A stretch of 63,283 nt of DNA, filler included, from Globobulimina sp. (lineage: Eukaryota), in assembly GCA_003354225.1 (NCBI GenBank). It is 33 parts of 33 records of this genome, joined end to end, with 100 filler letters (N's around TTAATTAATTAA, not from the genome) between each part and the next. Parts side by side here need not be neighbours in the genome. Positions count along the whole stretch, not along the records: positions 9,611 to 11,431 come from PIVH01011541.1; positions 11,532 to 13,352 come from PIVH01011542.1; positions 13,453 to 15,273 come from PIVH01011543.1; positions 15,374 to 17,194 come from PIVH01011544.1; positions 17,295 to 19,115 come from PIVH01011545.1; positions 19,216 to 21,036 come from PIVH01011546.1; positions 21,137 to 22,957 come from PIVH01011547.1; 26 more parts are not named here. One strand, 5' to 3'. This document shows, piece by piece, positions 11,308 to 22,957 of the stretch. The notes under the pieces are model-generated. The model worked only from the letters and a program-made list of their open reading frames with translations, searched no databases and was not told the origin of the DNA. A program made the translations under genes and the position numbers. Positions within the stretch are counted from its first letter, which is position 1. Every line of letters starts with the position of its first letter.

Positions 11308-11531
11308 CTGTTATTTTCTTTTTAATTTCTTTTTTTTTCATTTTCCCGTATTTTATTATGTGTACATTACACACTTTCGCAGTAATCATCTTATCATCAA
11401 AACCCATTTTAAATCCCCATAACATCAAACGNNNNNNNNNNNNNNNNNNNNNNNNNNNNNNNNNNNNNNNNNNNNTTAATTAATTAANNNNNNNNNNNNN
11501 NNNNNNNNNNNNNNNNNNNNNNNNNNNNNNN

Positions 11532-12414
11532 AATTCAAGATGGAGAACCAATGGATTTGCGGGTCTTGCATTTTAAGATAGGGATCCCAGCGCGATGCCC
11601 ATTGGATGTCGGAGGCTTCAAACAACACACTATAACTCCATATTACATCTAATGACTCCGGTATGCCATTGCCATTGGTCACTTGCACCACATCTGAGCC
11701 GCCACATTGTAGTCCGATGTTTACGTCTCCATTTGCATTAATATCTATATCATGCGATATGGATCTCGGTTGAACCTCAAATCCAACGATGCGGTTGCCT
11801 TCATAGCGTGGATTGTCGTGGTATAAAATCACTAAATCGACGTGGTTGTTTAACATAACTAATTTCTTTCCATTGGATGATGCTACATAGCCCAACGGAT
11901 ATCCCTTCTCATAAATAAAATCTTCCACTTCTTTAGCTCCATCAGATATTATCGTCTTAAATTTTTGTGCCGCTGGTAAATTATCTACTATTCTGTGTAT
12001 ATAATTATATATTAGATGTGTATATGATGTGTATATGTATTTACTTAACAGATTGACTCGATATTTTTCATCTATTTTTGTTACGAATTCATGTAATTGT
12101 TTTTTATTATATGTTTTCTTGCAAAGAGAAACACATTCGGTGGGTAACATCATCTCGACTTTGTATGGTGAAGTTTCAATAGTATCACCGGTTAATATTT
12201 CCCCTAAATTCTCTGCATCTTTTTTAACACCGTCACTGGGTTTACAAAATGGTAATTCATAATAATCGTAAGGCAATTGAGTTAATACTGAATCTAATTT
12301 ATTCACTTTGATTTTTACCGACTCTTGAAATTCATATTCATGCGGCTTGATGCCAGGCAAATAAAATGATGAACTCAAGTGTATTAAAATACATAATAAT
12401 AGTCCCAATATCAT
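11532..12414 (-). CDS. TM9SF: Nonaspanin TM9SF/EMP70 N-terminal half
   Basis: Signal peptide, FYLPG, VNKLDS...LPYDYY.LPFC, ENLGEIL.GD, WASRWD, IHWFSILN. Intron 12049-11993 restores RVNLIVDNLP. Confidence 0.95.
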
Positions 12415-12557
12415 GACGTGTTCACTTTATCGCCTGTTCACTAGACTGTAATATGCTTTTAGTTATTGTTTTGCGAGCTAGGGTTTTCTGCCTGAAAAGT
12501 GCAAGGTTTACATCACTTCAAAATCTTCAGAGTGGTGACAGCACTCTAGTTTTTTAC

Positions 12558-13352
12558 ATGGCCTTTGTGGCAACACGTGCAACACGATATTTGTTGAATG
12601 CATCATTTTCAAGGATAGGCGTGACTGGAATCTATTCATTTTCATCAAAAACAACATCGATTCTGGGGGAACATATTGCAGACGAATTCGAATTCGAATT
12701 AGAAGCTGAATATTCTGTCGATCGAGGTTCAGCACAAATTGATAAGGACAATTTTGTGGGAGTCACTGGTCATTCATCAATACTGGATAAAGCAGATTTT
12801 GCCCATGCCCGAATTGGTGATGTATTGGAGATTCCATATGAAGTGACAGCCAGTGATTTTTGGAGGGTACGCCCCCCTTTTTTCTTCATATTATATATAA
12901 ATTGATATCCTTGCACTTATATAATATATAAAAAGGAAATGTGGCAATCCGTATTTTATCAACAAGACCGTATCCATACATCATTGGAATACGCCAATAA
13001 ATTGCGGTCAGCCTCGGATAATGTGTATGGTAAAGGCATTCCATTACCATTCAGTCAAATGTTATATGCCGCGACGTCAATGTCTCACGTGGACGACACC
13101 AGGAATGTGTTAGATTTATCGTTTCGAAATTGTGTGTATGAGCGATGTGTGTTTCCTAATGACACATTACGGCGTCATTTTGTGATTGAAAACATTCGAG
13201 AATCGTCAAATAAAAAGAATATATTAATCGATTTAAAATGCAAAATGTATAATCAATACAATGAGTTAGTATTTCGCACCGAGAAAACCATGTTTTTTGA
13301 GAAATTATTAATCAAAAATTTTAATTTTGCTGATGATTCGGATGATGATAAT
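12558..13352 (+). CDS. Mitochondria-targeted MaoC/hot-dog-fold protein (N-terminus of a MaoC + citrate-lyase-beta-like protein), partial
   Basis: Arg-rich presequence MAFVATRATRYLL, IGDVLEIPYEVT, intron 12867-12935, then DRIHTS.EYA and LSFRNCVYERCVFPNDTL. Confidence 0.6.
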
Positions 13353-13868
13353 NNNNNNNNNNNNNNNNNNNNNNNNNNNNNNNNNNNNNNNNNNNNTTAA
13401 TTAATTAANNNNNNNNNNNNNNNNNNNNNNNNNNNNNNNNNNNNNNNNNNNNGTAGGACAATTTATAATTCCGTCACTGCATTCGTGTGGCTTGCTACAA
13501 TTTCTTGTAAATGCATTGGATAAACCTGTCGAGTTATGTCTGTTATTTGACTTATTTCCCACATATTGGTTATCAAAAATACACTACCTAGTTGATTTAT
13601 GATGAGAAAAGACAAAAAGTACCATTGACACATCTTCTTCAAAACTTAAGAATCAATTATTAAAGTTCACTCTTTTTATCAGAATAGTCATCGGATTTTC
13701 ATTGTGATGATCGGATTTTCTGAAAACACAGTTTAAACCTATGATAAAAAAGGGATTGATGTTGGAAAACAAAAAAAAAAAGAAAGGTAAGTATAAAAAA
13801 TATAGAATTAAAAAAGTAAAAAAAAAAACACATCTGATAAAATGGAAAAAAAACAATACAAAAATTGA

Positions 13869-15273
13869 TTACAAATTATTATTATTTGTTTCTTGTGTGG
13901 TCTCTACAGATCGTGTATCGGTGCTATCATCATAAAAACTTGGATGCGATCCACTAAAATCTCGAGGATTTTTTTGTTTTGCTTTTTTGCTTTGCTTTGC
14001 CTCTTCTAATCTTTTTTTAAACCATTCAAACAATTCAACGATACTAATTTGCCCCGAATCATCAGTATCAATGGTATGCCATAACAGTTCCGTTTCTTTC
14101 TCGTTTAAATTTAACATTTGTCCAAATTGCCTGAATTCATTATATTCCAACTGGGCCGAATGATCCACATCAACTTTGTCAAATATATTTAGTGCTTTTA
14201 GCAATAATTGCCACGATACCTGTCTTTCAATATGTTTTTTAATATCCTTTGCTTTCGGATTAAGTCTTTCATCGCAAAAATACTCTACAAATTCGTTACA
14301 CGTTATTTTATTATCCGATACATCGCTGTCCATCATTTTAAACACCTCATCAACACTCCAATACTTTGTAATTTCCACAATTTCTAAAAACCTCTTCACT
14401 TCGCTTCGTGACATATATACTCCTTTTTTCTTTGCATCTCGTTCATAGCCAGCAAAGCAATAAAATAATCTTTTTAATTTTTCTGTATATTCCTGCCAGC
14501 TCTTTCGTTCTTGTTTGGAATCAATGGATGAAACATCACTGTCCATATCGCTGCAGCTATCACTGCTATTTGTATCTGAATCTGTTGCATCCGTATAACT
14601 GGCTGAGCTGCCACTATCTGTATAGCTATTTTCTTTTTTTTGTAAACTAACCGACGTTGTTTTATGTTGATGATGCTTAGAAAAATACGAATGATTCAAA
14701 TTATCCACACTTTTAAATGACGGACTTGTCGCATTGCATGATTTCCTTCTTTTGAATGCATCCAAATCTTTCTGATCTGCTGCTAGATTTATGGCAATAT
14801 TTTGAAATGTGGCTTCTCGCAATAATTGTTTTCTTTTTTCTTTTGCTTTGGTAGTGTTAATATGATCTTGTTCGTGATGAACGTATTCGAGTTCATATCC
14901 ATGCTCAATATCAAATGCGTTTTCATTCCGATGTGATTTTGCTGCTCGTAATATTTTGCGAGGTGATTCAGATCGAAAACTCATTGTTGAAATGGAATTG
15001 GCGCTCGTATTGGACGTAGGCATTGTGATTGCGAGAAGAGCATCATTTTCATGCTTAATTCTATTCATATCGTCCAATTTTCTCTCTTCGTCGATTGTGT
15101 TTAGCGATTTATTATTCATTTCTTTATATTCATTGTTATCCATATTATTTATTTTTGTTTTTGATGATTTTGGAATATCGCTATCTTGATCCTGATCTGT
15201 AGTCGATTCTGATTCATTTGACGGATGTTTTTGTATTTTATAATAATTACTTTCTTCGTCTTGCTCTTCTTGT
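13869..15273 (-). CDS. EF-hand calcium-binding protein, 5' truncated
   Basis: EF loops DSDVSDNKITCNEF, DVDHSAQLEYNEF and DTDDSGQISIVEL. The frame is open to the contig edge. Confidence 0.85.
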
Positions 15274-15417
15274 NNNNNNNNNNNNNNNNNNNNNNNNNNN
15301 NNNNNNNNNNNNNNNNNTTAATTAATTAANNNNNNNNNNNNNNNNNNNNNNNNNNNNNNNNNNNNNNNNNNNNAGTGTTAATTGTACATATATAATAAAT
15401 TAATGGTTCAACATTTA

Positions 15418-17063
15418 TTAAACCTCTTTTACACTCTCACTTTTCACATTATTCCACACCGCAGGTTTACTTGGATCCGATGGATGATACCGATTTTCGG
15501 ATTGGGTCTGCGCCGCCAACATCAACTCATCCGCCGTCGGCACCAAAACCGCAGAAAAAGAACTATGATATTCATCAAACGCGTTCTCAATGCCACCGGC
15601 ACCGTTTACGGGGAGTGCCAGTGTTTTCATCCGCATCTGTTCCATCGCTATGGCCTCCACCCACGGATCAGGCCGACCGCTGCGATTACTTCGACTGCCA
15701 CTTTTGCTCTTATTACTCTTATTACTTTTGTTACTTTTATCGCTTTGCTCTGTTCTGCCGCTTCTGCCACTTTTCCCGCTTCGGTTGTCCGGCGTGGATG
15801 GATCGGTAATCATCGCCGGACTCACTGGCCGTATTAACGAATGCGACGCCAATGACCGGTCGCTTTTATTTGCTTTGGTTTCTTTCTGCAACATTCCATC
15901 CCAAGTCACTCTCCAATCCGATTCAAAATAAAATGGAATAAGTATGCGGAATTTGCAGCGTTTTCGTTTGGCGTGAAACTGTTTGATAAAGTCCTGAAAG
16001 TATGGCAACATAATTTTAAATATTTCAGAATAAGAGGCCTCGAATATTGTATCATAAGTGATACTGATCGTTAATGGCTTCATTTCATGTTCGTCGCTGG
16101 TCGCGATTTCTGTGGCTATTTCTAACAGTTTTCCTTGTTCCGGTTCCTGTTCCTGTCCATTTTCCTCTTCTTCTGCTTGCTCTTCTAATTCTTGCTGAAA
16201 TTGCGCACAAATGGCAGAAATTTGATTCCTCAGTGAACCGCTAATATTGATGCAATTCTCCGCAGTCTCGAAAATATAGGTTTTGCAAATGGCCACCACG
16301 TGTTTTTTACATTGTAATTGGTCGTCGCAATGAATCAAATCTCGCAATTCGTTCACTGCCATTAAGAAATCCAAGCCTTCAGAGTTAAAACAATGGTCTG
16401 TAAAGACGTGGAATTCCCAAACTAACTGCTTTGCCAAATTGCTGTTACAATTCATTATCTCACGCTATGTTTTGCAAATTATGTTGAATGTAAACTGGTA
16501 AATGTATAGATATACAAAGATATGCATACAAAGGCCCGCGTCATGTTGGTGGCAGCAACGTTTGCGCCCAAATAACTATCCAACAATGTAACGCGTATAG
16601 AGGTCGCACGAAAGCATGCATTTTTCATTAAAAACCATAATGCAGAGTTGCAACAGAAAGCAAATATTAAACAAACAAACGTTCCTAATAACTGGACACC
16701 AAAATGCTCAAATCCTCCATAAACTAAACCGGGACGACCTACAAAATCGTTTGCAAATATTCCTTGCATAATGCATGCATATATTCCGCAGCCTAAATGG
16801 ATACCAATCACATTCAATGGATCTATACAATAACAAATAAGGTATACAATTCAGAAAAATAAGATATAGAAATACCATCCAAGCCAAATCTCCATCGAAC
16901 AACATGACCAACACCAAAAACAACCGGCGCTGCAAAAAAACCAATAATTGACGCTGCCCAAATGTCCAACGTATAACAGCTCGCTGTGACAGATACCAAA
17001 CCGCCTAACATGGCAGTCATCGAAGTCTCGACTCGTAACTCAGCCCATCCTCTCATCATAAAA
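15418..17063 (-). CDS. AMT: Ammonium transporter (Amt/Mep) C-terminal half fused to an RGS domain; exons 17063-16876, 16822-16530, 16464-15418
   Basis: Amt motifs GGLVSVTAS, LD|DPLNVIGIH (restored by intron 16875-16823) and GLVYGG..FGVQLLG. Phase-0 intron 16529-16465 joins to the RGS-like EFHVFTDHCFNSEGLDFLMAVNEL..ICKTYI...INISGSLRNQI..IFEASYSEIFKIM..YFQDF. Confidence 0.82.
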
Positions 17064-18211
17064 CTGCAAACAAACAAAAACATCCGTATTGTGGGTAACA
17101 TATAATAAATATCTATAAATGTACACGAAAACGTATACTAAAACGTTACCGAATTAACAATGTACATAGTTCCCTGATTAAATATATATATCAANNNNNN
17201 NNNNNNNNNNNNNNNNNNNNNNNNNNNNNNNNNNNNNNTTAATTAATTAANNNNNNNNNNNNNNNNNNNNNNNNNNNNNNNNNNNNNNNNNNNNTGAAAA
17301 CAGATATCATTTTTGAATTTCCCGACCCATTTTACCTATAAGGGTACAACTTTTAGGGTTCTAGAATGTACCAACAAGCCAGACTAGGAAGGGTCTGGAC
17401 GCACGCACCGCACACACGCACAGCCGCACAGGAACGTGAAACAAGCAGGTGTCATAAATAGGTGATCATTAATTGAAGTAGAGGTCATATTGTTGATGGA
17501 ACATTCTGAGTTGAATTTACCTATATATGCTTGTTTATGTAGAATGTGAATTTTTTTTTGGAAAGAGATGAGATTGTCTCAATTGCAAAGTTTATAGCCA
17601 TCGCGACATATTTTTTTGAGCCTTTTCTGCGAAAAAGTTAAGCCGTCGCAAGTATCTTTGACAATGGTTACTTAAACACACATAATGCGTCCACTTACTG
17701 TAACATTATTAATTATCATGAACGGACATAAGAATGTCTAACAAAATAAATTTTCACCTCAATTGCAAACCACTAACTAACATTATTTGTTTAAATTGCT
17801 CTTAATGAAAGTTACACAAATGATGTTGCAGTCGGTGGACTTTGAAATTGATTACCAGACAGCCCCCAGATCTGGGAACTGAATCGTCTATTTATGACCC
17901 AAAATACAAATTTTAAAACAGTAAAAAAATGAAACTGCACACAGTGTGTAGAACAAACTAAATAAACTTAAATATTGTTTGCAAATACGATTGCACTCTT
18001 GAATGAGACATTTCCAAAATACATGCTACTGAAATTAATGTCTCATTTTGTTGTGCAAACTTCTCTAACATTTAGTGTTTTCTTTACAACAACCTCCTTG
18101 ACATTCAATGAATACTCATCATTGATTCCTTTGTGTGTGTTACCCTAAATTTAGTTTTGTCCATGGTGCCGGTACCATTTATAGTACAGATGAGCGCTGG
18201 AATCAGGAATA

Positions 18212-18624
18212 CCGTATTTCCTCTAATAGTAATACAGTGTGTCTATTGTTTCAATGTGTCTTTAGGGTGTGTGTCTATTGGAGAGTGTGTGTCTATTAGA
18301 GGGTGTGTGTTTATATTTTCAACTGTTTCGGCAATAGATATTTTGTGATGAAAGGTGTTTATGGATGTACCGCCACATTTTTACTATGTCAATTTCACAC
18401 TTAGTGACTGAATCTTGTGTAAATTTCCTTTAAATGAGTTAGAATAACAGGAAATTAATTTACAAATGACTTTACTTCAAGTTTACTGCAGAAAAATTGA
18501 CTCTCTAATGTATTTTATACATTGTAGTTGACACACATGTGTTAGAGGGTGTGTGTCTATTGCTTGGATGTGTCTCTAGGGTGTGTGTCAATTGGAGGGT
18601 GTGTATTTATTAGAGGAAATACGG
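18212..18624. mobile_element. Non-autonomous Tc1/mariner (Tc2/pogo-like) MITE, 413 bp
   Basis: Perfect 17-bp TIRs CCGTATTTCCTCTAATA/TATTAGAGGAAATACGG with TA on both sides; subterminal GTGTGTCTATT repeats. Confidence 0.85.
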
Positions 18625-18800
18625 TAGTAGGCGCGTTTAGTAAACTCAAATCTAGGCTGCTATCGAATAAAATTGTTGTTAACCCTTTTAACTTTTTCAT
18701 TTAGAAAGTTACATAGTAACCTATTGATAAGCATCAATTGGTTAATAGGTTCGTTTTTCTCCGCCAGCCAATATATTAAACTTTTAAAACAAATTTGTTA

Positions 18801-18832
18801 CGAACGAACGAACGAACGAACGAACGAACGAA
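18801..18832 (+). repeat. (CGAA)8 microsatellite
   Basis: Direct reading. Confidence 0.95.
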
Positions 18833-18894
18833 GGCCTCTGAATAGTGTGTTAAATCCGTGGAGCACCCCTATGCCGCCGCCTGAGGGCGACGGC

Positions 18895-19115
18895 AATAAG
18901 TATTTGCAACCAAAAAATCCAAATCCCTACCTCACCCGTTTCAGTATGTCTCTGTAACTAAATAAGTATTTGCAACAACTAAATCCAAATCCCTACCTCC
19001 CCAGTTTCAGTATGTCTCTGTAACTAAATAAGTATTTGCAACCAAAAAATCCAAATCCCTACCTCACCCGTTTCAGTATGTCTCTGTAACTAAATAAGTA
19101 TTTGCAACAACTAAA
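18895..19115 (+). repeat. 66-bp tandem repeat with alternating A/B variants (132-bp higher-order unit)
   Basis: Units start at 18895, 18961, 19027 and 19093 (partial). Units 1 and 3 are identical and unit 4 matches unit 2. Confidence 0.95.
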
Positions 19116-19216
19116 NNNNNNNNNNNNNNNNNNNNNNNNNNNNNNNNNNNNNNNNNNNNTTAATTAATTAANNNNNNNNNNNNNNNNNNNNNNNNNNNNN
19201 NNNNNNNNNNNNNNNA

Positions 19217-19699
19217 GAGGAGCTTGACGAAGATAATGTGGATATATTGCAGCCAACATTGAATGCATATTTTTCAGATCGAAACATATTAATTGACACA
19301 ATTCGCTGTGGCGAGTCACATTCTTTGGTGATTGATGTGGATGGATATGTTTATTGTTGTGGGCAGAATACGCATGGCGAGAGTTTGGGGAAATATGTGT
19401 TGAGTGAGGAGAGCAAATATAATCCGGTCTGTTTCCAATCTGTGATCGACGATTATGAGGTATTAATTGAGGATGGTTCCTGTGGCAATACGCATACAAT
19501 GTTGTTGACAAAAGATAGTAATCAGATCTATGGATTTGGTGCCAATGACCACGGACAAGTCGCTGTTGGATGGAAGGAAACAAAAATACATAAACCGTAT
19601 TTGCTTAGCAAATCGCAAATTGGTATTGATGACAATAATCATATTGAAAGGGTGATTGCGGGATGTTATACGACACTCATTGTCTGTAATAAGTTGTGA
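19217..19699 (+). CDS. RCC1-repeat protein C-terminus
   Basis: IRCGESHSLVID.DG.VY.CGQN.HG and SCGNTHTMLL...IYGFGANDHGQ. Confidence 0.9.
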   Translation, partial: EELDEDNVDILQPTLNAYFSDRNILIDTIRCGESHSLVIDVDGYVYCCGQNTHGESLGKYVLSEESKYNPVCFQSVIDDYEVLIEDGSCGNTHTMLLTKDSNQIYGFGANDHGQVAVGWKETKIHKPYLLSKSQIGIDDNNHIERVIAGCYTTLIVCNKL

Positions 19700-20116
19700 T
19701 TTTGTTACCGATATTCAATATACACTTAATTGACAATGGTTAATGAATAACATTCAAGAGATATATATTTAACATAAATTTTGTTTCTTGGGATCTGATC
19801 GTTTGTTTTTTACTTTGTTTATAATTTAAATCGCGTCAATAATAGCTCACGTCAATTGAATAAAAACCACAGTAAAAGTTTTAAATATCTGACTGTTTTT
19901 AATCTAACGCATCATGGACATTGAAGTCGATTCTCAAGAGTATGTAAACTATACTACTACTTCAACTACTTCAACTACTTCAAACATGGCTTAGCCATTT
20001 TGAGTAGCCAAAGGTAGTAAGAATTGTTCTATCTGTTGGCTAATTTCCTTATTGTACTCTTTTAGTTATCTTCTTTTATTTATTTTTTACTTTTTTGCGA
20101 GTACTGTGATATTTGT

Positions 20117-21036
20117 ATGGCAAATACCAATCAATCAATCAATCATAATCTTAATTCAGATAATTTAATTAATACAAGCAAATCCAAGAAATCTAATAAA
20201 AGACCCTTTTTCTCATCAAATACCTATCAAACACCTATAAGACACAAACGGCGTAAAAAATCAAACACATCATACGGTCAGTTTGCACGAACGCCAAAAT
20301 CAATCCAAAATGTTACAAAACGTTTATTGAATCAGAAAAATCAACCAAATACTCCCACAATACATCAAAAAACACCCAATAACTCTCATAAAAAATATCC
20401 AAAAAAGAGAAACACTTCAACCAATATTAATTCTAATATTGGTAATATCGATCCATCTTTATTTGACGATTTAAATTGCCCATTTGGAATGGATTGTGAT
20501 TATGATGTGTATTCTCGATTTGGTAATGCATCTCAATTAAAATCACATTTATATAAACACGTTAAAGAGTGTCATCAAATTCCAAAGCCTTTCTTCATTG
20601 CTTACGAGGGATTTTTTTGCGTGAAATGTGGCAAACACTTTAAACGTTCCCATTCTAAGTGTAAAGGAGAAAAAATACATTATACTGATATGGATATGGA
20701 TATATTTATGCACGTTAATAAATTTACTATAACCAATCCATCAGAAATATTATCAACATTATTTCCAGATTGCCAGAATATCCCTGGAAATAAATTAACA
20801 TTACCATTCGATTTAGAATCTGACGAAGATTCTGATCGTGATGTTGATGTTGATTCTCATCAGAACTTTGATTACCAAAATGAGAATCAGAATAATAATC
20901 AGAATAACGTTTCTCAGAGAAACAAGAGCGAGTCTGATAAAAATGAAGAAGTCGAAAAAACTTTAGAGCCAACTTCAAGTAACACCAATTTTCTTCTTCC
21001 TTTGCCCGTTGTCAACAACGTTTATGGTGATAACAA
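20117..21036 (+). CDS. Basic/zinc-finger N-terminus, possibly the ORF of a non-LTR retrotransposon
   Basis: K/R-rich start, CPFGMDC..F..SQLKSHLYKH, then CVKCG..H..C; intronless. No RT within the contig. Confidence 0.4.
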
Positions 21037-21759
21037 NNNNNNNNNNNNNNNNNNNNNNNNNNNNNNNNNNNNNNNNNNNNTTAATTAATTAANNNNNNNN
21101 NNNNNNNNNNNNNNNNNNNNNNNNNNNNNNNNNNNNGAAGCATGTCCTCGGTCGTCACGGGACCAGGCTTCTTCATCATACTCTTCTTCTCATCTTTCCA
21201 TATCTATATAAAGAGAGACCTCGCCATTTCACTCATTCAATGTTTCAGTTAACTACTTTACTGTGACAGTTCATTGAATACTGCTTAAAGCGTTCTAATA
21301 CTGCTTAAAGCGTTCTAATTACTGCTATTTTCAGCATATTTCTAGACAACACTTTTATATTTGGTAAGTTAATAAATAAATTCTTAGTCTATCTCTTGAT
21401 ATTATTTTAAACTAAGTATCTTCCATAAAATTATCAGATCAAGTTTGATCTGGTTCAATCCACTTTTATTATGATGTCATAATTATTAAGGACCGTAAAA
21501 TACATTTCACGGTCCGAAACAATTTATGGTCCGGACCGTAAAATATATTTTCAAAACAACAATGAAACATGAACATTCATGAACAACAAGTGAAACAATA
21601 TATACATATAAATATAGGTTCAAAATTGGAACATGAGTATTTTTACCCTTTTTAAAGCAGAAACAGTAAAATTTGTTTCTTGAGTTAACCTGTCATGTAT
21701 TGTGAGGCAACGCAATGTACTTTCAGGAACCATTTGCAACAATTATTTTTCTCTTTAAA

Positions 21760-22957
21760 ATGCCTAAACCAAAGAATCAAGGATTTTGCAACAAATGTCA
21801 TAAAACGGTTAGCCACTTATCCAACCATCGACGTGATGTACACAAAGAGAACCTTGTGATGTGTGGCTACTGTAACAAAACGATGTGTCAAAGCAATTTA
21901 CTCCGTCACACACAAGCCTATCATCCCGGCTTTAAACCAAAAAAAAATAAACAACAACAAATTTGCCCACATTGCAGTCGTGACTTTGACTACTCTTCAC
22001 AGCAGTTCTATAAAAATCATGTGCTTCACTGCTTACAAAATCCAGTCTCGCTATTTCTGCAAGATGCCTTTTCTTGTACATTCTGCAACAAAAGGTTTGC
22101 CACCAGGCACAATCTACTCCTTCATACGAAAAGGCAACATGAATCGGATGCCGTTGAAGAAGGAGAACCTGCTACAGAACAAGAGGTTACAGAATTTTTA
22201 AAAGAAACACCTGACCCAGAACAACTCATTGTACAAATTAAACGACACCAACAACAAAATAGAAGATTTAAAGCTATCGAAAAGATGGTCAAATTCAGGA
22301 TTAGTGAATTGGGGCTTCGACTTTGTCGTGCTGGTTTCATTCTACCTGTCATTTCAAAAATACTAATTCACATAATTAACATTGGCCAATACCACCCAGA
22401 CAGCTTGATATGTGTTACAATCGATAGCCCTGGGTTGGATCATGGCCACAGCAGTGGACTCCACCTTGTCAAACACTTTCACTCTGACATTTTTCTAATG
22501 GAGCTAGAAAAAGTTATTGACAGCAATGATGCGATTCGTCTGCAGAACGATGAGTTAAGTATTGAAATAAGAAACATTGACTTAAGAGCAGCTGTTAGAG
22601 GAAAGAAATTGAAGATGAAAGATTTTGTTGATATCAAGGAGTTCTTGCGGCGAAAAAATGGCCTTTGCGATCCAAATGATATGGAAATAGGGCCAAACTT
22701 AATACAGTCATGCTTTATAACCTGCATAGCTATGAATATATATGCAAATGGCCGAAAAGTCAAAAGGCTCTTCCGAAATGGAAAATTTCCACATGCCCTG
22801 GAAAACCTGGTTTGCTCGATTTACAAAAGCATTCATCTTGAAGTAGATACAGCTATTTCTGTGGAACACTATGCTACAATCGGCAACTACCTACAACGAG
22901 AGTATCGCAGAAACCTTATTATTTATGATATCCCCAAAGGGTCATCTAAAATCCAAC
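21760..22957 (+). mobile_element. C2H2 zinc-finger array followed by a Polinton/Maverick pPolB-type N-terminal region, truncated
   Basis: Four C2H2-type fingers, then ITIDSPGLD...FLMELEKVIDSNDAIRL..LSIEI..RG..K..SCFITCIA, which resembles the region preceding the exonuclease of Polinton DNA polymerases. Confidence 0.55.

Noticed and set aside
18895-19115. CRISPR array
   Set aside because: Head-to-tail 66-bp units with no unique spacers and no cas genes.
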